From an uncultured candidate division Zixibacteria bacterium (lineage in GTDB: Bacteria; Zixibacteria; MSB-5A5; GN15; FEB-12): 64,000 nt of DNA. The stretch covers positions 224,001 to 288,000 of the forward strand of contig CAVTJJ010000006.1 in NCBI GenBank assembly GCA_963735035.1. Reading direction: 5' to 3'. Every line of letters begins with the position of its first letter. Position 1 is the first letter of the stretch. The position numbers and the translations under genes are program-made. Of the stretch, positions 18,608-26,957 are shown in pieces. A model generated the notes under the pieces. The model was not told the DNA's origin, did not search any database, and worked only from the letters and a program-made list of their open reading frames with translations.

Positions 18608-19933
18608 ATGTCTCCCGAACAAAATTTGAAGGCGGCTCCAAAGACAGTGACATTGATTATTCACGGGACCTTTGCCGCTGGTGAGACCTGGTGGCGCTTG
18701 GGAGAGGGCGAGAATAGGACATTCGCCGACCGTCTGGAAGTCGCGCTCGCCAAACGCGGCCTTCAGGGAAGTGTGTGGAAACCGTTACTGGATTGCGGAT
18801 TCGGATACGATGCTTTCAGTTGGTCGGGAGAGAATCGCCACAAGGCGCGACAGACCGGCTCCCGAAAATTGATTGCCTCCCTGAAACTAATGGCCGACCA
18901 GTGCGAAGCCGAAGGGCGCGGACGCTTGCGGGTCAATCTGGTAGCTCACTCCCATGGCGGCAATGTAGTGCTGGAGGCTTTGCGACGGTTTCCCGACAAG
19001 ATCGAAATTGGCCGCGTGATCCTGCTTGGGACTCCGTTGCTGGCAGTAAAACCATCTCTTCGTCTCCTGCGTCTGGTGGTGGCCTATGTAATGCTTACTA
19101 TCATCCTGCTTTTCGGATCTTACTTACTGATTCAGGGTGTCATTTCTGCTCTGCAGTTGGCTGGCCTGACTACGCCAACCGCCCCGACTGCCGGTGCAGA
19201 GTTTTCGGACAAGTGGATCGCGCCTGCGATACCCCTGATCATCATCTTCTATGGCTGGCTTTTCTATTTGCTGGCGGAGGTGGGGGATTTCGTGTGGCGT
19301 GTCGCCGTGGCTCCGTTTTCGATGATGACCGGGCGATGGGCCGGCCAGGTATATGGACCGAGAGCTGCGACCGCTCGAAAGATTCTTCGAAATCATCCGG
19401 CCGTATTGTTCACAAGTCATTTCGACGAAGCCGCTCTGCTTTTATCTGTCTGTTCGGCGCCACGTCAACTCTACGTGGAATTTGTTAGCGCCAGGCTAAG
19501 CCCGGTTCGACTATTTCTGGAACGGCTGCTCTTTCGACCTATCGCGGTGGGACTGATCCTCAGGTGTGTGGAGGTCGTGTTGGAGCGGGCAGCGCTCGGT
19601 TTTGCGAAAACCAAACTCTTGTTCTTCGATTATGAGATGGCCGATCTGGACAAAGGTCGCGAGTATCCAAAGTCGGTTGTTACGCGGAGAGATGTCACCG
19701 AGGAGCTTCGGCCGTCGATCCAAAAGAAACGTCTTAGCCTCGCTCTGGCTACAGCTCAGCCGGTCGAGTTGAAAGAGGCTGCACCGGGTGAAGACCGGCA
19801 TGTGGCGTCGCTCAAGAACGCTCTGGAAACGGCGGGCCGGGATTTAATGTCTCAGGTTCGGCTTCGACATTCGCTATACTATGACAATGATGTCATTACG
19901 GAACTGATCGCTGAGGAATTGACGGCGAAATAG
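18608..19933 (+). CDS. Membrane-associated alpha/beta-hydrolase (lipase-like)
   Basis: IHGTF, FSWSG, nucleophile elbow AHSHGG, LLGTP, internal TM helices, C-terminal HSLYY. Start 18593 or 18608. Confidence 0.7.
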   Translation: MSPEQNLKAAPKTVTLIIHGTFAAGETWWRLGEGENRTFADRLEVALAKRGLQGSVWKPLLDCGFGYDAFSWSGENRHKARQTGSRKLIASLKLMADQCEAEGRGRLRVNLVAHSHGGNVVLEALRRFPDKIEIGRVILLGTPLLAVKPSLRLLRLVVAYVMLTIILLFGSYLLIQGVISALQLAGLTTPTAPTAGAEFSDKWIAPAIPLIIIFYGWLFYLLAEVGDFVWRVAVAPFSMMTGRWAGQVYGPRAATARKILRNHPAVLFTSHFDEAALLLSVCSAPRQLYVEFVSARLSPVRLFLERLLFRPIAVGLILRCVEVVLERAALGFAKTKLLFFDYEMADLDKGREYPKSVVTRRDVTEELRPSIQKKRLSLALATAQPVELKEAAPGEDRHVASLKNALETAGRDLMSQVRLRHSLYYDNDVITELIAEELTAK

Positions 19934-19979
19934 CCCGTGTACGGGCGCCTTCGCTAATAGCGCAACCGGGCGGGACCAA

Positions 19980-20333
19980 ATGGCTACTGAACTCCATCAA
20001 CGTACGATTGCTGTTCTAAAGAAAGTCCCCCGCGGGAAAGTTGTGACTTACGGGCTGGTTGCGGCGATGGCGGGAAACCCGCGTGCCGCGCGACAAGTAG
20101 TGCGGACGCTCAATACGGCATCGGAGAAAGAGAATCTGCCCTGGCATCGGGTGATTAATTCTCAGGGGAAGATTTCGCTGAAGCGGGGACAGGGGTATGA
20201 ATTGCAGAAAGTGCTGCTCGAAAGAGAGGGGGTGAAGTTCGGAAATGGAGGGCGGATCGATCTCGCCAAATATCTCTGGTCGCCCAAGAAGCGCATAATG
20301 GCTCGCAAGAAAACCACTATCGATCGTGGTTGA
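19980..20333 (+). CDS. Alkyltransferase-like protein (ATL/YbaZ, MGMT family)
   Basis: PRGKVVTYG, AARQV, PWHRV (Trp in place of the catalytic Cys). Confidence 0.9.
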   Translation: MATELHQRTIAVLKKVPRGKVVTYGLVAAMAGNPRAARQVVRTLNTASEKENLPWHRVINSQGKISLKRGQGYELQKVLLEREGVKFGNGGRIDLAKYLWSPKKRIMARKKTTIDRG

Positions 20334-20369
20334 TCTTGAATCGGGGAGTGCATTGATTGCCGGGTATAT

Positions 20370-20480
20370 GTGTGGGCGGCACACGTCCTCGTGTGCCCCA
20401 TTTCAAGGGGCAGACCAGGAGGTCTGCCGCCCACGGAGTTGAGATCGCCACGGCCGCCAAGGCGGCCTCGCGATGACGAT
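20370..20480. repeat. REP-like palindrome cluster
   Basis: Inverted pair gtgggcggcacacgtcctcgtgtgcccc / ggggcagaccaggaggtctgccgcccac; gagatcgccacg...ctcgcgatgac. Confidence 0.75.
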
Positions 20481-20679
20481 GTAGGGGACTTTCAAATCCC
20501 CAAACGAACACGGTTGATTTTTTTTGCTGAACACATTAGATTCCCGGCAATGGTTAGCGTATGTAACAAGCTTGAGTATCTGGCACTGGAGTACCATCGG
20601 CGCCGGGTCAAAGAAATCACTTAAGAGTCTCTCCTGAACCCTAGGTTGGTACACTATCTAACCCGGAAAGGAGAAACTC

Positions 20680-22083
20680 ATGAGCAAACATCGCCAACCA
20701 TCCGAACCTTATCGCATCAAGGCCATTGAGTCGATCAAGCTGCGCTCCCGTGACGAACGCGAGAGACTGATCGCCGAGGCCCATTACAATCTCTTCAAGA
20801 TCAACGCCGAAGACATCTACCTGGATTTGCTGACCGATTCAGGCACTTCCGCCATGTCGAATCGCCAGTGGGCGGCGCTTATGCTCGGCGACGAGTCATA
20901 CGCCGGAGCAACGTCGTTCCATAAGTTCGAAAACGCCGTTCGCGGCATCTGGGGCAAACGGTTTGTCATCCCCTGCCATCAGGGACGAGTGGCCGAGAAT
21001 CTGGTCTTCAGCAACTTGATGAAGCCGGGTCAGTACGTCCCGAACAACACCCATTTCGATACCACCAGGGGCAACTGCCTGCACAAGGGCGGCATTCCGA
21101 TCGACTTGCCGTGCGCTGAAAGCAAATCTGATGAGCCACTTCCTTTCAAGGGAAACATGGATACGGTTGCGCTGGAGCAGTTCATCCGCGACAAAGGAGC
21201 GGACCAGATCGCCATGGTGATCATGACCGTCACGAACAACTCTGCCGGGGGCCAGCCGGTGTCCATGGCGAATATCCGCGAGACTTCAGCGATATGTCAT
21301 CATCACGGTATTCGGTTCTATTTCGACTGCGCCCGATTCGCGGAGAACTGCTATTTCATCAAGCGCGACGAACCCAGCTATGCGGGCAAGAGCATTCGCG
21401 AAATCGCGGTCGAGATGTTCTCGCTGTGCGACGGCGCCATGATGTCGGCCAAGAAGGACGGCCTGGCGAACATCGGCGGGTTCATTACGCTCGATGACGA
21501 GCCGGCTTACGAGAAGTTGATCCAGAATCTGATTCTGATCGAGGGTTTTCTGACGTACGGCGGTCTGGCGGGACGCGATCTCGAGATTCTCGCGGTCGGT
21601 CTGGAAGAAGTCCTCGAATTCGATTACCTCGATTTTCGTATCGAACAGATGCGCTATTTTGGTGAACAGATCAAAGAAGCCGGGATGCCTATTATCGAGC
21701 CGACCGGCGGCCACGCCGTGTTTGTCGATGCAGGGCGATTCCTTCCGCACATCCCGCCCGGCCGATTCCCCGGTCAATCGCTGTCGGTTGAATTCTATTT
21801 AGAGGGTGGAGTCAGAACGGTTGAAATCGGCAGTCTGATGTTCGGTGGAGTCGATCCTCAAACCGGCAAGGAATTCTATGCACCCAAAGAGTTGGTGCGG
21901 ATGTGTCTGCCGAGGCGGGTGTATACCAACTCTCAAATCGACTATATCGCCGACTGCGCCGAAAGAATCGCTACGCGCAAGTCGACTTTGAAGGGATATC
22001 AGGTGACAAGACAATCGCAGTACCTTCGCCACTTCACCTGCGATCTCGACGTCTACCAACCGGAGGGAGTGAAGGTCGGATGA
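20680..22083 (+). CDS. tnaA: Tryptophanase (beta-eliminating lyase)
   Basis: DLLTDSGT, GDESYAG, HQGR, MSAKKD PLP lysine, TYGGLAGRD; C-terminal LRHFT (His, as in tryptophanase, versus LRFFT in tyrosine phenol-lyase). Confidence 0.88.
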   Translation: MSKHRQPSEPYRIKAIESIKLRSRDERERLIAEAHYNLFKINAEDIYLDLLTDSGTSAMSNRQWAALMLGDESYAGATSFHKFENAVRGIWGKRFVIPCHQGRVAENLVFSNLMKPGQYVPNNTHFDTTRGNCLHKGGIPIDLPCAESKSDEPLPFKGNMDTVALEQFIRDKGADQIAMVIMTVTNNSAGGQPVSMANIRETSAICHHHGIRFYFDCARFAENCYFIKRDEPSYAGKSIREIAVEMFSLCDGAMMSAKKDGLANIGGFITLDDEPAYEKLIQNLILIEGFLTYGGLAGRDLEILAVGLEEVLEFDYLDFRIEQMRYFGEQIKEAGMPIIEPTGGHAVFVDAGRFLPHIPPGRFPGQSLSVEFYLEGGVRTVEIGSLMFGGVDPQTGKEFYAPKELVRMCLPRRVYTNSQIDYIADCAERIATRKSTLKGYQVTRQSQYLRHFTCDLDVYQPEGVKVG

Positions 22084-22676
22084 CAAAGCGAAGCTTCTTC
22101 TTGTTCTTTCTGATCGGGTTGACCGGAATGTTTGTCGGATGCAGTGCCGTGCACATTCAAACCGGACCAATGACTGACACTGAAGTCACGCAGCAGTCCG
22201 AAGATTCCGGTCGACGTTTCAAGACCACGTGGGCCGACCGACTTCAATCCGCCACCCCCGTGCAGCAGGCCGATATGCTCAAGACCTTCATGGACAGCAC
22301 CACGACGCGTTTTCTCAGGTACGGCGAACAGGTCAACGGGTCCTGGCGTGACGAAAGCAAGCGCCGGGGCTCTCAGGTTCCGGTGGAAGAGATCCGAGCG
22401 ATGGTCGAACGATCGACCCAGGTTGATCTGCCCATGCTGGAAGCGTACGAGGACGTTCTGGAGTATGGTGTCAGTCTGATTCATGATACCAAGTCGCTCG
22501 ACTCGGGCGCGGAGGACAAACTTACGAAATACCGAGACCTGTATCTCGAAATCTACAGCGCCGTATTCTATCCCAACGGCACGAGGGATGAGTTCGAGAA
22601 CCAGTTGCAGCTTTTGGGGAATAAGGCCCAGGACGCCAGCTTGGAGTTGGAAACTGAACTAAAACAGTCTCGTTGA
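22080..22676 (+). CDS. Putative helical lipoprotein
   Basis: ATGA overlap with the tnaA stop; MTKRSFFLFFLIGLTGMFVGC lipobox. Confidence 0.7.
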   Translation: MTKRSFFLFFLIGLTGMFVGCSAVHIQTGPMTDTEVTQQSEDSGRRFKTTWADRLQSATPVQQADMLKTFMDSTTTRFLRYGEQVNGSWRDESKRRGSQVPVEEIRAMVERSTQVDLPMLEAYEDVLEYGVSLIHDTKSLDSGAEDKLTKYRDLYLEIYSAVFYPNGTRDEFENQLQLLGNKAQDASLELETELKQSR

Positions 22677-23055
22677 GAAATACTTAGGGGCCGTTTGTGC
22701 AGACTTCTGCAGAGAAAGCGGTTGTTGGGCATTCGGGGGAGGCTTTCTCGGCGGTTTTGTAACTGCAACCCCCGCAACCGCTTTGGCCGGCGATCTGGAG
22801 AATTCGATTTGATACAATTTATTATGGCCGCTCAATTGCTAGTTGCCTACTGAGATTTCCCGACTGATCGGTTGACAGAACGACGGGAACTTCATATACT
22901 AACGAGGTTTATACTGACTGAAAGGAGTCCGATCTATAGTCCTACGGTTAAAGCTTTGATTGTGTAGTTGAATAAAGCTAAAGAAGGCTTGAAACACTAG
23001 CCCGTTGACCGTGGTTGTAGATCGACTCGGTTCCAGGGCTGGGATTTGTCCCAGT

Positions 23056-26000
23056 ATGGAAATCATTCGGTATAAGACGTTTGCATTCATTTTCGTATCG
23101 CTATTCTATCCCATCATAGTCTGGGGAGCAGACACCAATCTCACCGTTTTGTCTTCTTCGGAAAGTGGCTTTCGATTCACCTATTCCTTTGAGTCCGATC
23201 TGGCTGCCCGTCTGGCAGACAGTGGCTCGGTCAATACAGGGGATCTCGCTCGGACTATCCAAATCGCCGTTCCTTGTGGTTCTTCGGCCCGAGTGCTGTC
23301 GGCGGTGGGAAGCAATCCGCATCAACTGATTGTAGAGGCCTCGTCCGCTTCTGAAAATGCTAATTCGGTTCTGGCCGAAGTGTCACGTCCGGTGGTAACG
23401 CGCGGCCGTCAAACGGTCGGAGTCAATCTCCAGCCGGTTTCCGGCGGTGGAGTGTACGGGCAACTGGAAGTCGAGATCGGATTTGACCGTGTGGGTCAGT
23501 CGGCGGCTCTGAGCACTTCGAAAGATCCGGCATTCGAGAAAATCTGGGCGGCATCGCTGGCCAACTACGAAGTTGCTCGTAGCTGGCCGGTGGAGTACCG
23601 TCGGAGTCAGTCCTCTGCCATGGGGCTGGCTGCGGCTCCGGGTGATTTCACGGCCGCGGCTGAATGGTACAAAGTTACGGTCAGTCGTACCGGTCTGGTT
23701 CGCATTACAGGAGCTCAACTTCAGACAGCCGGAATTTCGCTAAGCGGTTTGAAGTCCGATTCGATCCGGATATTCAATGCGGGAGGGCTTCCCAATTCAG
23801 TGGAAAACGCCGACCCACGGCCGCAATTCACGGAAATTTCTCTGTTGGTGCTCGACGGTGGTGATGGAGACTTCGGTTCTACCGACCAACTCTTCTTCTA
23901 CGGTGAAGCGCCCAGCCGCTGGACTTACGAGGCTGATGGAACGCCAAAGTATGTAAACAATGTCTACACCACACAGAATGTGTACTGGCTGGCGGTATCG
24001 GGGAATTTCAGTTCGTTACCGCAGCGCATGGCCGAGATCGGCGGAGCCCCTGCTGGGGGCGATCTAGTAGATCAGTGCTGGAATAACGTGCATCTCGAAC
24101 AGGACAATTTGATTGGCGTGGAACCCGACGGACATATCTGGGACTACTACAATTGGTATTGGAGCTCCGAGACCAGTGTCACTATGCAGGTGGCCACTCC
24201 AGGCGCGATCGATTCCGATTCGGCCTATGTCTATGTTGTAGGCAAGAACGGCCAGGGGATCGATTTGTCGGTCAACAGTGTTCCAGCTACTGAAAATGGC
24301 TGTCTGAGCACATCTTGCCGGTATGACACACGCGCTCTTATCGGTGGGACTCCCGGTCTTAATCGATTCGATCTGCAATTGACGCCGGTATCAGGAACCA
24401 TCTCGCCGTTTCTTGATTACGTCGAAGTTTCTTATCATGGTTCGATACAGCCTGTTTCCAATCGCATAGATTTCGCTCTGAGTGGGGTTGGGGGAGAGGC
24501 CGATGTCCAGGTTGTCGATGCTTTCGTTTCGACACCGACGGTTCTGAAAATATCTGACCCGTTGCATCCGTCGGTCATTACCGGTTTCCAGCGTTCTGGC
24601 GGCTACCTGACTTTTCATACCGCATTGGCTCTAGACAGCACGAATCGATTCTACTGTGATCTTCTGAGCCAGGCCGCTGCACCGGAACAGATTCAGCGGG
24701 CGGCAGTGACCGAACTTCGCGTGGCCTCACACCAGACCGATCTGATCATAGTGACTGCCCCCGAGTTCGTTTCGACTCTGGCCGATTATGTGGCTTATCG
24801 CGAAGCCGGCGGCACGAGCATCCAGGTGGTATCGGTTCCCGACATCATCGATAATTTCTCCTACGGTCTTTACGACCCGACCGCGATTCGCGACTTTCTC
24901 AAATACACTTACGAAAACTATCCCTCCCCGGCACCATCCGGAGTTCTGTTTGTCGGCGACGCCACCTATGACTATCTCGATCGTCTCGGCACCGGCATTA
25001 CCAACTGGGTGCCGTCGTTCATCCGTCCGACCGACCGTACTTACAGCGATGACAACTACGTCTACTTCGGCAGCTACGGCATTCTCGACTCTGATCACGA
25101 TCACGGCTACGACATGATGACGGCGCGCTGGCCGGTGCGGACGACCACGGAGATCGACGATATCATGGCCAAGATTCGCGGATACGAGTCATCGACCGGT
25201 TTTGGAACCTGGCGGACCAGGATCACGCTGGTTGCTGACGACGAACATTCCGGCGACCGGGATAACGAGACCTTCCATACGACCCAGACCGAAACGCTTG
25301 AAAAGGAGTACGTCCCCCGGCTGCTCAGCCGTGAAAAGATCTACCTCTGGGAATACCCGTTTGTAAATCGCGAAAAGCCGGCGGTCAATGACGCTATCGT
25401 CGGGGCCTTTAACGACGGCACGTTGATCGTCAATTATGTCGGACACGGTAATCCGGATGTCTGGTCCCATGAACATGTCTTTCAACGGTCCGCCGACCTG
25501 CCTCGCCTCACCAATATCGATCGTCTCCCGCTGGTATATGCCGCCTCATGTGATATTGGCTTCTTCGACGATCCGCAGGGCGAGGGGATGGGTGAAGACC
25601 TGCTCAAGATGGCGACCGGTGGAGCCATCGCGGTTATTTCGGCCACCCGTCTCGTTTACGCCGCTGATAACGCCCAGTTCAACCGCGCCGTCTACGAGGC
25701 TCTATTCGGCAACTCCGGACTCTCGATCGGCGAGGCGTTGTTCACTGCCAAGGTGCGACGCCAGTATCCGAACCCATCGGACTCGATTCCTCGTCGGGTC
25801 GACAACGATCGCGCCTACACCTTGTTTGGCGATCCGCTGCTCCGTCTGGGTCTGCCTCGGTACCGGGTCGAGTTTGCAGAGGCACCGGACAGTCTCGTGG
25901 CGCTGCAATTGGCTACTCTGCAAGGTCGAATAGTCGATGAATCCGGTACACCTTACAATGGGAACGGTGACTTGTTCCTGACAGTCTATGATTCCGAGCG

Positions 26001-26913
26001 ACAGCACTCATATCATCTGGTCAACGATACCAATATGATTCGTTACTGGGTGGCCGGTCCGGCGATTTTCCGGGGTACGGCAACAATTGAAGACGGACAG
26101 TTCCGTCTGCAGTTTGTTACTCCACTGGATATCGGCTACCGTGGCGTCAGTGCGCGCGTTTCGGCCTATGCCATCCTTGGCGGCATTGACGCCGCGGGAA
26201 TTGTCGACAGCCTACCGGTAAGCGTTCGGCAGAGCCAGGTGGCTGACGCAGAAGGACCGGAGATCATTTGCGGGTCGACTAAGCGCGGGTCAATACGCGA
26301 CGGCGATTTTCTTGATCTGGGTGACAGTCTCTTGGTTCGACTGACCGACAGCTCCGGGCTGAATTTGGCGGGCGCGATCGGTCACGGCATCACTCTGGTA
26401 ATCGATGATAAGCTGGACGAGAGCTATAACCTGAACGGCTTGTTCGAATTCGACCGCGACAGTTACACGACCGGTCGGCTGATTTTTCCGCTGGCGACGG
26501 TTGCTCCCGGACGGCATCAGTTCAAGATCAAGGCCTGGGACAATGTCAACAACGCCTCGATGGTCGAATTTTCCGCGGAAATAGGCACTTCCGATCAATT
26601 GGCTCTCCGGGACTTGTTGAATCACCCCAATCCGATGAATGCCTCCACGACCTTTTATTTCGAGCTGACAGAGTCGGTCGCGGAGCTAAATGTCAGCGTT
26701 TACACGTTATCCGGTAAGAAGATATGGACAACCAGCCGATATGATCTAAAGGCGGATCGGTACCCCAACGCGGCCACTGGAATAGTCTGGGATGGTCGCG
26801 ATAATGAGGGGGACCGGGTTGGTGCCGGAGTTTACATATATCGCGTGGTCGCTTCCCGTGCGGCCGCAGGTGACGATGTCGAGAAGTTCGGTAAGCTGGT
26901 GGTGCTGAACTGA
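23056..26913 (+). CDS. porU: Type IX secretion sortase PorU (C25 gingipain family)
   Basis: WYKVTV..GLVRI, DPTAIRDFLKY, LFVGDA.YD, NYVGHG and ASC catalytic His/Cys, FGDP, KAWD..NN, CTD NHPNP...WDGRD...GVYIYR...KLVVLN; directly upstream of porV. Confidence 0.9.
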   Translation: MEIIRYKTFAFIFVSLFYPIIVWGADTNLTVLSSSESGFRFTYSFESDLAARLADSGSVNTGDLARTIQIAVPCGSSARVLSAVGSNPHQLIVEASSASENANSVLAEVSRPVVTRGRQTVGVNLQPVSGGGVYGQLEVEIGFDRVGQSAALSTSKDPAFEKIWAASLANYEVARSWPVEYRRSQSSAMGLAAAPGDFTAAAEWYKVTVSRTGLVRITGAQLQTAGISLSGLKSDSIRIFNAGGLPNSVENADPRPQFTEISLLVLDGGDGDFGSTDQLFFYGEAPSRWTYEADGTPKYVNNVYTTQNVYWLAVSGNFSSLPQRMAEIGGAPAGGDLVDQCWNNVHLEQDNLIGVEPDGHIWDYYNWYWSSETSVTMQVATPGAIDSDSAYVYVVGKNGQGIDLSVNSVPATENGCLSTSCRYDTRALIGGTPGLNRFDLQLTPVSGTISPFLDYVEVSYHGSIQPVSNRIDFALSGVGGEADVQVVDAFVSTPTVLKISDPLHPSVITGFQRSGGYLTFHTALALDSTNRFYCDLLSQAAAPEQIQRAAVTELRVASHQTDLIIVTAPEFVSTLADYVAYREAGGTSIQVVSVPDIIDNFSYGLYDPTAIRDFLKYTYENYPSPAPSGVLFVGDATYDYLDRLGTGITNWVPSFIRPTDRTYSDDNYVYFGSYGILDSDHDHGYDMMTARWPVRTTTEIDDIMAKIRGYESSTGFGTWRTRITLVADDEHSGDRDNETFHTTQTETLEKEYVPRLLSREKIYLWEYPFVNREKPAVNDAIVGAFNDGTLIVNYVGHGNPDVWSHEHVFQRSADLPRLTNIDRLPLVYAASCDIGFFDDPQGEGMGEDLLKMATGGAIAVISATRLVYAADNAQFNRAVYEALFGNSGLSIGEALFTAKVRRQYPNPSDSIPRRVDNDRAYTLFGDPLLRLGLPRYRVEFAEAPDSLVALQLATLQGRIVDESGTPYNGNGDLFLTVYDSERQHSYHLVNDTNMIRYWVAGPAIFRGTATIEDGQFRLQFVTPLDIGYRGVSARVSAYAILGGIDAAGIVDSLPVSVRQSQVADAEGPEIICGSTKRGSIRDGDFLDLGDSLLVRLTDSSGLNLAGAIGHGITLVIDDKLDESYNLNGLFEFDRDSYTTGRLIFPLATVAPGRHQFKIKAWDNVNNASMVEFSAEIGTSDQLALRDLLNHPNPMNASTTFYFELTESVAELNVSVYTLSGKKIWTTSRYDLKADRYPNAATGIVWDGRDNEGDRVGAGVYIYRVVASRAAAGDDVEKFGKLVVLN

Positions 26914-26957
26914 TGAACAAGATGAACAGTAACCGTAGATAGGTGGAGAAGCATTTG

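Noticed and set aside
20480..20679. tnaC-like leader peptide upstream of tnaA
   Set aside because: I saw no short Trp-containing ORF with TnaC features.
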